From positions 1,632,001 through 1,696,000 of the forward strand of contig OZ245777.1 of NCBI GenBank assembly GCA_965227775.1: a stretch of 64,000 nucleotides of DNA. The letters are read 5' to 3'. The notes beneath the pieces were generated by a model. That model was not told the origin of the DNA. It did no database searches and saw only the letters and a program-made list of their open reading frames with translations. The position numbers and the translations under genes are program-made. Of this stretch, positions 49,515 through 59,687 are shown one piece after another. The first letter of the stretch is position 1, and every line of letters begins with the position of its first letter. The stretch comes from Phycisphaerales bacterium. Lineage in GTDB: Bacteria > Planctomycetota > Phycisphaerae > Phycisphaerales > UBA1924.

Positions 49515-51236
49515 ATGGCAGCGATCAGCAGGGATGAAGTCGTTCGCGCTCCACACGCCAAACAAGACGGCAACGCGGACGTCCGCGTGCACGCGGGCAA
49601 AGCAACGAAGGCCACCGCCGGCACACCCACCCCTGAGATCGCGGGCTCGCAGGGCCCATTGAAGGAGCGAGTGCTCACACGCACGCCCGGCCGAGACGCG
49701 GCCGGTGAGCGTCTGCGCACCCGCCGCGTGCACCCGGGCCGCAACGCCGACGCCGCGTCGCTCGAGGCCGAGGCGGCGCAAGAAGCGGCGGGCGATTCCC
49801 AGCGCGAGCAGAATCTGGAGCGGCTACTGGCAGCCAAGGTCGGCTCGCTGACCTTCGAGCGCTACTTCCAGGGCCAGGCAAAGCTCGAGCGCACCGAAGA
49901 CGGCCTCGAGGTCGTGGTCGCGTCGCGCTTCCTGGTGCCGATCGTCGAGAACCGCTTCCGCCAGCACCTGGTCGAGATTGCCGGCGGCGGGTCGGTCCGT
50001 TTCGTCGATCGGCCCTCGGCCTTCCCTGCGGCTCGTCCGCCCAAGGCCACCAAGGTCGCGCGCCCGAAGAGCGAGGCCCAGCGGCTCAAGGCCCACCCCT
50101 CGCACGCCGCCAAGCCGCAGTCCGACCGCTTCGTGCGATTGGAAGACTTCGTCGTCGGGCAGAGCAACGAGCTCGCCCACATGGCCGCGCTCTCGATCAG
50201 TGATCCGGGCTCGACGCCTCGGGCCGGCAACCTGCTCGTGCTCCACGGCGGCTGCGGCCTGGGCAAGACCCACCTGCTCCGCGGCATGGCGTTCCGCTAC
50301 AACAGCCTGCGGGGTTCGGGCGGCAAGGCCAAGTACGTCACGGCCGAGCACTTCACCAACGGCTTCCTCGCGGCGCTTCGCACGGGCGGCACCGAGGCAT
50401 TCCGCGACAAGTACCGCGGGGTCGAGCTGTTGTGCCTTGACGACGTGCACTTCCTGGCGACCAAGGACGCCACGAAGGCTGAGCTTCTGCACACGCTCGA
50501 CCAGATCCTCCAGGGTGGCTGCCGCCTCGCGCTGGCGAGCGATGAGCACCCGCGGCAGGTCGAGGGGCTTGGCAAGCAGCTCATCAGCCGCCTGCTCTCG
50601 GGCCTGACCATCGAGCTGGGCGAGCCCGACCAGCAGCTCCGAGAGGCCATGGTCCGCAAGCTGGCCCGCCAGCGCGGACTCTCGCTCGCGGACGATGTCG
50701 TGTCTGCTATTGCCATGGCTGCGGCCGAGGAAACCGGCGAGGGGCCGGCGGGCTCGTTCCGAGATATCGAGGGCGCCATGGCCCGCGTCGACGCGTTCCA
50801 CAACCTGCTGGGCCGCGAGGGCGACAAGCCCGCGGGCGCCAGCGTGACGATGTCGACCGTGCACCAGGCCCTGGGCGTGCGCGCCCAGCTCGCCCCCCAG
50901 GCCGGCCCCGTGCGCGTCGATGTGGTCATCGACTCGGTGTGCCGCTTCATGGGCGTGGGCAGCGCCGAGTTCTCCGGCCGCGGTCGCCACCGCCGGGTGG
51001 TGCTGGCACGGGCGCTGGTAGCGATCATCTCTCGCCAGCTCACCACCGCGAGCTATCCCGAGATCGCAACGGCGATGGGCCGGCCCAACCACTCCTCGAT
51101 CATCACCGCCGTCAGGCGCATCGAGCGTCAGATCGCCGATGAAGAGCGGGTGGCGGTGGGGTGCGAGGCCGACGGGCAGACCGTGGGGCAGCTCGCTGAC
51201 ACGCTGGCTCGGCGGATCCGTCGCTCGGGGCGATAA
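49515..51236 (+). CDS. dnaA: Chromosomal replication initiator DnaA (divergent)
   Basis: FVVGQSNELA, GGCGLGKTHLL, FRDKYR..ELL.LDDVHFL, L.SRL..GL, SYPEIA..MGRPNHSSII; start uncertain. Confidence 0.88.
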   Translation: MAAISRDEVVRAPHAKQDGNADVRVHAGKATKATAGTPTPEIAGSQGPLKERVLTRTPGRDAAGERLRTRRVHPGRNADAASLEAEAAQEAAGDSQREQNLERLLAAKVGSLTFERYFQGQAKLERTEDGLEVVVASRFLVPIVENRFRQHLVEIAGGGSVRFVDRPSAFPAARPPKATKVARPKSEAQRLKAHPSHAAKPQSDRFVRLEDFVVGQSNELAHMAALSISDPGSTPRAGNLLVLHGGCGLGKTHLLRGMAFRYNSLRGSGGKAKYVTAEHFTNGFLAALRTGGTEAFRDKYRGVELLCLDDVHFLATKDATKAELLHTLDQILQGGCRLALASDEHPRQVEGLGKQLISRLLSGLTIELGEPDQQLREAMVRKLARQRGLSLADDVVSAIAMAAAEETGEGPAGSFRDIEGAMARVDAFHNLLGREGDKPAGASVTMSTVHQALGVRAQLAPQAGPVRVDVVIDSVCRFMGVGSAEFSGRGRHRRVVLARALVAIISRQLTTASYPEIATAMGRPNHSSIITAVRRIERQIADEERVAVGCEADGQTVGQLADTLARRIRRSGR

Positions 51237-51291
51237 ACTCCCCGGCGCACGCGGCCCGTCGGGGCCGTCACCGAGCGATACGGGAGCCCAC

Positions 51292-52506
51292 GTGCATTCG
51301 AGCGACCACCCAAGGCCTTCACGCCGTCCGACCACCGGCACCGAGATCGCCCTGAGCGGGCCGGACATCACCGACCTGGAGATCGACGCGGTCGTCCGCG
51401 TGCTCCGATCGGGCCGGCTGAGTATCGGGCCCATGCAAGAGGCGTTCGAGGCGCACGTGAGCGAGGCCGCCGGCTGCGACCACGGCGTCGCGGTCAACAG
51501 CGGCACGAGCGGGCTGCACCTGGCGTTGCTGGCCCTGGGCATCGGGCCGGGCGACGAGGTCATCACCACGCCGTTCAGCTTCGTTGCCAGCGCCAACGCC
51601 ATCCTCTATGTCGGCGCGACGCCCAAGTTCGTGGACATCTGCCCGCGCAGCCTGAATATGGACCCCGACAAGGTCGAGAAGGCCATTGGCCCGCGCACCA
51701 AGGCCATCCTCGCCGTCGAGGCGTTGGGCAACCCCACGCACATGGATCGCTACGCGTCCATCGCGAACAGGAACGAGATCCACCTCATCGAGGACTGCTG
51801 CGAGGCGCTAGGCACCACATACAAGGGCCGCAAGTGCGGCAGCTTTGGCAGGGTGGGCGTGTTTGGCTTCTACCCCAACAAGCAGATCACCACCGGCGAG
51901 GGCGGCATGATCGTCACCGACGATCACAATCTCGCCGACCTGTGCCGCAGCCTGCGCAACCAGGGCCGGTCGATGCCCTCCGAACTTGCGCAAGAGGGCA
52001 GCAGCGGGCTGGGGCTCTGGCTGAGCCACGAACGTCTGGGATACAACTACCGTCTGAGCGAGATCGCGTGCGCCCTCGGCGTGGCGCAGATGCGCCGGCT
52101 CGACGAGATCATCGAGGCCCGCCGCCGCGTCGCCAGCGAGTATCTGGACCGCCTGTTGGGTATCCCGGGCATCATCCTGCCCACGATCGAGAGCGGCACC
52201 AGCATGAGCTGGTTCGTGTTCACGGTCCGGCTCGAGCGCGGCTACACCGCCGAAGAGCGCGACCGCATCATCGAGGGCCTTCGCAACCATGATGTGGGCT
52301 GCGCGCCCTACTTCCCCAGCATCCACCTGATGCCCGAGTATGTCCGCCGCTTCGGCTACGAGCGCGGGGCCTTCCCGATTGCCGAGAGCGTGTCGGACCG
52401 GACCATCGCCCTGCCGTTCCATGGCGGCTTGACCGAGCGCGACATTGATCTGGTCGCCCAGACGCTGAGCCTCATGCTCTCGCGCGAGAACCTGGCGCGG
52501 GGCTGA
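51292..52506 (+). CDS. DegT/DnrJ/EryC1/StrS PLP-dependent aminotransferase
   Basis: VAVNSGTSGLHLAL, TTPFSFVASANA, IEDCCEALG, FGFYPNKQITTGEGG, GYNYRL.E. Confidence 0.92.
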   Translation: MHSSDHPRPSRRPTTGTEIALSGPDITDLEIDAVVRVLRSGRLSIGPMQEAFEAHVSEAAGCDHGVAVNSGTSGLHLALLALGIGPGDEVITTPFSFVASANAILYVGATPKFVDICPRSLNMDPDKVEKAIGPRTKAILAVEALGNPTHMDRYASIANRNEIHLIEDCCEALGTTYKGRKCGSFGRVGVFGFYPNKQITTGEGGMIVTDDHNLADLCRSLRNQGRSMPSELAQEGSSGLGLWLSHERLGYNYRLSEIACALGVAQMRRLDEIIEARRRVASEYLDRLLGIPGIILPTIESGTSMSWFVFTVRLERGYTAEERDRIIEGLRNHDVGCAPYFPSIHLMPEYVRRFGYERGAFPIAESVSDRTIALPFHGGLTERDIDLVAQTLSLMLSRENLARG

Positions 52507-52610
52507 CGGGTCGTTTCGGCTTCCCTCGGGGCAACCTAGGGGCCTACCATCTCGACCCGCCGGGCCCAGCAGCCCGGTCGTACCCGTGGATCGAGACCGA
52601 GGACTGGACG

Positions 52611-52889
52611 ATGCCCTACGAATGCCACTTTACCGGACGCAAGACCCGCTTTGGTAAGTCCAAGGCCTACGGCGGCGCCAAGATCTCCAAGGGCGGCTTC
52701 GGCCTCAAGACCACCGGCATCACCCGCCGCACCTTCCGTCCCAACCTCCAGAAGGTCCACGCGGTGATCGACGGCAAGCCCACGCGCGTGCTGGCCAGCA
52801 CCCGGGCCATCAAGAGCGGCCTGGTCGTCAAGCCCCTGAAGCGCAAGTACGGCTACACCCGCCAGCAGAAGGAACAGGCCGGCGGCTGA
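52611..52889 (+). CDS. rpmB: 50S ribosomal protein L28
   Basis: C.FTG.K..FG, TRRTFRPNLQK, STRAIKS. Confidence 0.92.
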   Translation: MPYECHFTGRKTRFGKSKAYGGAKISKGGFGLKTTGITRRTFRPNLQKVHAVIDGKPTRVLASTRAIKSGLVVKPLKRKYGYTRQQKEQAGG

Positions 52890-53011
52890 GCCGGTTTGCC
52901 CCGCCGCGGGCGTGTTTCCGCGGCGATCCCCACGGTGCTTCCAAGCCCGCCCACGCGTGCCCGTAGAATGCAACTGAGCCCGCCGTCACTGGCCGGCCCG
53001 GGGTACTCAGC

Positions 53012-53566
53012 GTGAAGTGCGATCTGTGCGATGCCGAAGCGACCGTCCACGAGACGCAGATCGTCAACGGTCAGGTGATGGTGCGCCGGCTGTGCGAGCG
53101 GCACGCAGCCGAGGTCGGCCTGACCGGTCACGCGAGCGTGTCCATAACCACCGGCAGCTCGTCGGTGGTCCTCAGCGTTCAGCAGCAGGGCTCGGGCCTG
53201 AAGTGTGGCAATTGCGGGCTCTCGTTCGCGGCCTTCCGCCAGCACGGCTTGCTGGGCTGCTCGGGCTGCTACGACGCGTTCGAGGACAAGCTCGCCCCGC
53301 TTATCGAACGAGCGCACCAAGGCGGCACCCACCACATCGGCAAAACGCCCCGGCGCATGCTGGCAACGGCGCGCGAGGGTGACCAGGAAGCCATCGAGCG
53401 CGTGCTCGGCGGTGCGAAGGAGCGGGCCGAGCGGGTGGCGCTGCTGCGAAAGCAGCTCGAAGAAGCGATCGCCATGGAGCAGTACGAGCGGGCGGCGGCC
53501 TTGCGCGACGAGCTCCGCCGGCTAGAGGCCGAAGAGAGCGAGCAGCCCGGTGGTGGGCTGGCATGA
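53012..53566 (+). CDS. mcsA: McsA-like protein (CxxC motifs + UVR domain)
   Basis: CDLC..EATVH, LCERHA, C.NCG.SF..F...GLLGC..CY..F, H.G..H.GK.P, L..AI..E.YE.AA.LRD. Confidence 0.9.
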   Translation: MKCDLCDAEATVHETQIVNGQVMVRRLCERHAAEVGLTGHASVSITTGSSSVVLSVQQQGSGLKCGNCGLSFAAFRQHGLLGCSGCYDAFEDKLAPLIERAHQGGTHHIGKTPRRMLATAREGDQEAIERVLGGAKERAERVALLRKQLEEAIAMEQYERAAALRDELRRLEAEESEQPGGGLA

Positions 53567-54735
53567 AGGAAGGCGAGGGCAGGCAGGGCGGCGCGGGAAG
53601 CTGGCTCGCGGTTGCCGGCAGGGCGGGCGACGTGGTGGTCTCTTCGCGTGTGCGCATGGCGCGCAATATCGCGGGCTTTCGCTTCCCCAATCGTGCGCCG
53701 GCGAGCGAGAGGACAGCCATCCTGGTGCGCCTCAAGCCGGTCGTCCTGGGCGCTCGGCTGAGCCCGCAGCTCGAGTGGGTTGACCTTGCCTCGACCACCT
53801 CGGGCCACCGTGTCTCGCTGGTCGAAGAGCGACTCATCAGCCGACAGCACGCAATGGGCAAGCCCGGCGAGCCCATGCACGGTCGGGCCGTCGCCGTCGG
53901 CCTGCCCGAACGACGCCTCTCGATCATGGTCAACGAGGAGGATCATCTCCGTCTTCAGGTGATCCGGGGCGGATTCGATCTCTCTGGCGCCATGCAGGAG
54001 GTCGATGCCGCGGACGACGCGATCGAGCAGAGCATCGACTACGCGTTCAGCCCGCGGTTTGGTTACCTCACGGCGTGCCCGACCAACATCGGCACCGGCG
54101 TGCGATTGAGCGTCATGCTGCACCTGCCGGCGCTGAAGATCACGCGCGAGATCGAGAAGGTCAAGCGCGCCGCAGATGATCTGGGCCTCACCGTTCGCGG
54201 CTCGTATGGCGAGGGCAGCGAGGCCACCGGCGACTTCTACCAGATCAGCAACCAGACGACCATCGGCAAGAGCGAGGCCGTGCTGCTTCGAGAGATGGAG
54301 TCCGAGATCATCCCCATGGTCATCGCGTACGAGCACAACGCGCGCGATCGGCTGATGCGCGGTGGGCGTCGTGGCCTCGAAGACCAGACGTGGCGCGCCG
54401 TTGGCGTGCTGCTGCACGCCCGCCTGCTCAGCACGGAAGAGGCCACGCAATTGCTCAGCCGCTTGCGCCTGGGCATTGCGCTCAAGCTCGTGCCGAACCT
54501 CGATCTTCCGCTCGTGAACCAGTTGCTGGTGGCCGTGCAGCCGGCGCACATCCAGAAGGCGATCGGCCAGGAACTCACGCAGGATCAGCGCCGTGAGGCG
54601 CGCGCGACGCTCTTGCGTGCGAAGCTCGGCGAGGCGTTCGCATCGCCACGCCAGGCGCCGCGGCTTATCCGGCCCGATCGCCCCGAGCCGCCCGCGGGTC
54701 CGAGCAATCGGCCCGATCCCGGCGATGCGGAGTAG
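53563..54735 (+). CDS. mcsB: Protein arginine kinase McsB
   Basis: SSRVRMARN, MVNEEDHLRLQ, GYLTACPTN.GTG.R.SVMLHLP.L, VRG.YGEGS, QISNQ.T.G. Confidence 0.94.
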   Translation: MKEGEGRQGGAGSWLAVAGRAGDVVVSSRVRMARNIAGFRFPNRAPASERTAILVRLKPVVLGARLSPQLEWVDLASTTSGHRVSLVEERLISRQHAMGKPGEPMHGRAVAVGLPERRLSIMVNEEDHLRLQVIRGGFDLSGAMQEVDAADDAIEQSIDYAFSPRFGYLTACPTNIGTGVRLSVMLHLPALKITREIEKVKRAADDLGLTVRGSYGEGSEATGDFYQISNQTTIGKSEAVLLREMESEIIPMVIAYEHNARDRLMRGGRRGLEDQTWRAVGVLLHARLLSTEEATQLLSRLRLGIALKLVPNLDLPLVNQLLVAVQPAHIQKAIGQELTQDQRREARATLLRAKLGEAFASPRQAPRLIRPDRPEPPAGPSNRPDPGDAE

Positions 54736-54740
54736 CCGGC

Positions 54741-55655
54741 GTGCGTGGGGGCGCACTGAACACGTTGCGATATGGGCTCGTCAGTGTCGAGCGAGCGATG
54801 CTCAGCGATCTGCCTGGCCCGCTCGAAGCGCTGCACGAATCTGGATTCGTCGCGGATGCACCGGATGCGTATTGCCCGCGCTGTGGTCGCAGCGTGGGGC
54901 CTGGTGAGTTTGCGGCTGGCAAGTGTGGATCCTGCCGCAACTCGAAGGTCGCGTGGGACGGCTTCGTGCGCCTCGGTCGCTACGACCTTGCCCTGAAGGA
55001 CGCGGTGCACGACTTCAAGTTCAACCGCTGGCACGCGGTGGGCGAGCATCTGGGTGTGGCGCTCGGTGCGGCGGTAGCTGAACGCCTTCGACTGGTTGCG
55101 CAGCACGCCGGCGAGCCCGACGAGGCCGTGTTTGGCCGCGCCGTTGTGGTACCAGTACCCATGAGCTTCTGGCGTCGCGCGAGCCGGGGCATCGATCACG
55201 CGACCTGCCTGGCACGGGCGGTCGCGCGCGGCGCTGGGCTGCCGTGCCGCAAAGTGCTGGTGCGTCGGCACAGGCCCGCACAGACCGGGCTCTCCGCAGC
55301 CGCCCGCAAGCGGAACCTGCACCAGGCCATGCGACCCTGCGTGGGCCCAGAAGCGCTCGACGGGCTGCGCGTCGTGGTGCTGGTCGACGACGTCAGCACG
55401 ACCGGGGCCACGCTGGTCGAGGCCTGCCGGGCGATCGCCTCGCTCCGGCGTTCGCGGGGTGAGCCGGTGGTGCTCGCCGCATGCGTGGCGCTGGCTGAGC
55501 AGGGGCGTTCGCGGACTGGCGGGTCGGCTGGAGGCGAATCGGGATTGCCCCTCGTCCAGACAAGCCCAGCAGCTTCCAGCGGCCTGGAAGAGGACGCGGA
55601 GAAGGGTCCTAAAAAAAGTGGAGGAATGCACGCGTCGAGCCTTGACGCAGGCTGA
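54741..55655 (+). CDS. comF: ComF family protein (zinc ribbon + phosphoribosyltransferase)
   Basis: CPRCG...CGSC, VPVPM...RR..RG, Q.GL....R.RN, VVLVDDV.TTGATL. Confidence 0.85.
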   Translation: MRGGALNTLRYGLVSVERAMLSDLPGPLEALHESGFVADAPDAYCPRCGRSVGPGEFAAGKCGSCRNSKVAWDGFVRLGRYDLALKDAVHDFKFNRWHAVGEHLGVALGAAVAERLRLVAQHAGEPDEAVFGRAVVVPVPMSFWRRASRGIDHATCLARAVARGAGLPCRKVLVRRHRPAQTGLSAAARKRNLHQAMRPCVGPEALDGLRVVVLVDDVSTTGATLVEACRAIASLRRSRGEPVVLAACVALAEQGRSRTGGSAGGESGLPLVQTSPAASSGLEEDAEKGPKKSGGMHASSLDAG

Positions 55656-55748
55656 GAGCCGTGTATTATCTCCACCGCTCTGGCCACGGCCAGACGCGGG
55701 AAACGGGGCCGGCAAGCGGATGCGAGCCCGTCCCAACGCTCTTTGAAA
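55642..55748 (+). promoter_or_regulatory. rRNA promoter and boxA antiterminator
   Basis: TTGACG (55642) N16 TATTAT (55664); CGCTCTTTGAAA boxA-like at 55737. Confidence 0.7.
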
Positions 55749-56066
55749 TCTAAGCGGTCGAGATGCCCTCGAGAGTGTGAGGCTTTGTCGGTGCGGATCA
55801 TCACCCGCACGCCCCGACCAAGGGTTGGCAAGGCCGGTCAAACCGGTGGCTGGGATGCACAGATCCCGGTCGTTGGCGCACTCTCGTGATGAATTTGAGT
55901 ACGCCAACTAGACCGTCGTCTTTGCCGACGACGGCTCGTGATCACTTGTGATCGCGAGAATGACCGGCCGCTGTCGCTTCGCGAGCTTTGCTCGTTGGAG
56001 TTGCAGCGGTTCAAACGGATCATTCTGAGATTGTCGGCAATCGGGTGAAAGCTCGGTTGTCGCTTC

Positions 56067-57545
<1,479 letters not shown>

Positions 57546-57723
57546 GATTTCCTTAGACTCGCGGATCGTTCCTGACCAGAGCGATCCACGGAGTGCGAAC
57601 TCCAGCGAGCGATCAAAATCGTCAGTACACTCTCGTTCGCACCGCTGCGGAGCAATCCGCAACAACGCGACGAGCCAGCCGGTGACGGCTGGCGAGGAAT
57701 ATCTCGACCGCTTTGGACTTGAG

Positions 57724-57755
57724 ACGGCCCGGAGCAATCCGGGCCGTTTTCTTTT
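57724..57755 (+). terminator. Intrinsic terminator after 16S
   Basis: ACGGCCCGGA-GCAA-TCCGGGCCGT then TTTCTTTT. Confidence 0.88.
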
Positions 57756-57848
57756 GGCTCGATCACACTCTCGGGACCGCTCCGCGCGAGCTCAAACGGT
57801 AAGTAGACCGCCGCGCGAAACGCCCGCGTTCCTACGCTCAAAGGCCCC

Positions 57849-58334
57849 ATGGACCCAGACCAGCCCATGCCACAGGACGACCGCTCGACCATTAAGCTCG
57901 ATACTCAGTCTGCCACCCGTCGCGGCAGCACCGATGACGCGCGCACACTCGCAGTCGATCTGGCGCGCATGCTGAGCGACGACAAGTGCGAGAGCGTCGT
58001 GGTCCTTGATGTCTCGGGTCAGAGCCCGGTGACCGACTACATCGTCATCGCGTCGGGCACGAGCGATCGGCAGATGGGCTCGGTGCTCGACCACGCGATG
58101 GAACTGGCCGAAGAGTCCGGGATGGCCGCCGTTCGCCACGCCCGCGACGAGCGTTCGACGTGGCTGCTGGCAGACTTCGTCGACGTGGTGCTGCACATCT
58201 TCGAGCCCAACACGCGGGCCCACTACGACGTCGAGAGCCTCTACCCCGACGCGACCGAAGTCTCGTGGGCCAGGCCGGACCAGGTCGATCGCAACCGCGC
58301 GGGTCTCAAGCCGGGTGAGCAGTTTCCGCAATGA
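57849..58334 (+). CDS. rsfS: Ribosome silencing factor
   Basis: DDKC..V.VLDV...SPVTDY.VIASGTS.RQ, W.L.DF.DVV.HIF....R.HYD.ESL. Confidence 0.93.
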   Translation: MDPDQPMPQDDRSTIKLDTQSATRRGSTDDARTLAVDLARMLSDDKCESVVVLDVSGQSPVTDYIVIASGTSDRQMGSVLDHAMELAEESGMAAVRHARDERSTWLLADFVDVVLHIFEPNTRAHYDVESLYPDATEVSWARPDQVDRNRAGLKPGEQFPQ

Positions 58335-59500
58335 CTCCCCCCGCGTCCACCGTGCGCGTCTCGACCGCCGGCGGCGGATACAACGTGCTCGTGGGTCGTG
58401 GTTTGCTCCATGATCTTGGCTCGCGTTGCGACGCCGCTGGGCTCCGACCGCGCCGTGTGCACGTGTTCGAGGACACCGGCGTCCCCGCGACACTCCGCGA
58501 AGCCGCCCGAAGTTCATTCAGCAATATCCTGGTGACCCGGTCGGCATTCGAGCCCGACGAGCAGCGCAAGTCGCTGGCAACACTCGAGCGGATGCTGGTC
58601 GATCTGGCGGAAGCCTCGCTTGAGCGCACAGACTTGGTTGTCGTCGTCGGCGGCGGCATTCTGGGGGACGCCGGTGGGCTTGCCGCAGCGCTGCACAGGC
58701 GCGGCGTTGCCGTCGTGCAATGCCCGACAACGCTGCTGGCCATGGTGGACGCGTCGGTGGGGGGCAAGACGGCCGTGAACCTGCCGGCCCGCATTGACGC
58801 GAAAGAGGTCCTGCTCAAAAACGGCGTGGGCGTGTTTCATCAGCCATCGCTTGTGTTGGCAGACGTTGACGCGCTCGCCTCGCTTGCACCGCGTCAGGTG
58901 CGGTGCGGCCTCGCCGAGAGCATCAAGCATGCTGTGATCGCCGGCGCCGCAGGCACAGGCATGCTCGCACTTGATGGACTATCTCGCGAATTGCCCAGGC
59001 TCCTGTCCGCTGAATCGGAGGCGCTCTCTTCGCTCGTGCGGCAAAACGTCTCGCTGAAGGCGGGCGTCGTAGCCGGCGATGAGCTCGAGTTAGCCGCAGG
59101 CGCGCAAGCCGGGCGCCGTGCGCTCAACCTCGGCCACACGTTTGCCCATGCCATCGAGGGCAACAGCGACACGCGAGTGCTCGTCGACGGTACCGAGGTC
59201 CACCCGATGCACGGCGAGGCGGTCGCGCTCGGGCTCATCGCGGCGGCAACGCTCGCCGAGCATCTCGGCGTTGGCCGTCAGCAGCTCACCACATCCGTAC
59301 GAACAGCCGTCGCAGCCGCGGGCCTGCCCACAAGGCTCTCGGCCGCGGGAAGCCTGGCTGATCTGACGGCCACCATGCGCCAGGACAAGAAAGCCAGCGG
59401 TGGTCTGCTTCGGCTCGTGCTGCCGTCGGACGCCGGTGTTGTCATCCGGGACGACCCTGGTGACGAAGCGGTTTTCCAAGCCTGGCAGGCTGTCGTCTAG
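58331..59500 (+). CDS. aroB: 3-dehydroquinate synthase
   Basis: E.RKSL, VGGG..GD.GG, PTTLLAMVDASVGGKTAVN, G.AE.IK, LNLGHTFAHAIE, HGEAVALG, DKK. Confidence 0.93.
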   Translation: MTPPASTVRVSTAGGGYNVLVGRGLLHDLGSRCDAAGLRPRRVHVFEDTGVPATLREAARSSFSNILVTRSAFEPDEQRKSLATLERMLVDLAEASLERTDLVVVVGGGILGDAGGLAAALHRRGVAVVQCPTTLLAMVDASVGGKTAVNLPARIDAKEVLLKNGVGVFHQPSLVLADVDALASLAPRQVRCGLAESIKHAVIAGAAGTGMLALDGLSRELPRLLSAESEALSSLVRQNVSLKAGVVAGDELELAAGAQAGRRALNLGHTFAHAIEGNSDTRVLVDGTEVHPMHGEAVALGLIAAATLAEHLGVGRQQLTTSVRTAVAAAGLPTRLSAAGSLADLTATMRQDKKASGGLLRLVLPSDAGVVIRDDPGDEAVFQAWQAVV

Positions 59501-59687
59501 GCGAAAATTTGTCGCGAATACGACGATTTAGGTTTCAAGATAGGAAATGAATGGGCCCTCACGCCATCTTTGGAGGCGTTGGTCCAAACATCCCGATAAC
59601 GCGCCCCGGAAGGGTTGACAGAGGGAGGTGTGTGGCTGGCCGAGGGTGCCAGGTTTCGATCCGTTGTAGTGACAGGGCAGGAGCCCC

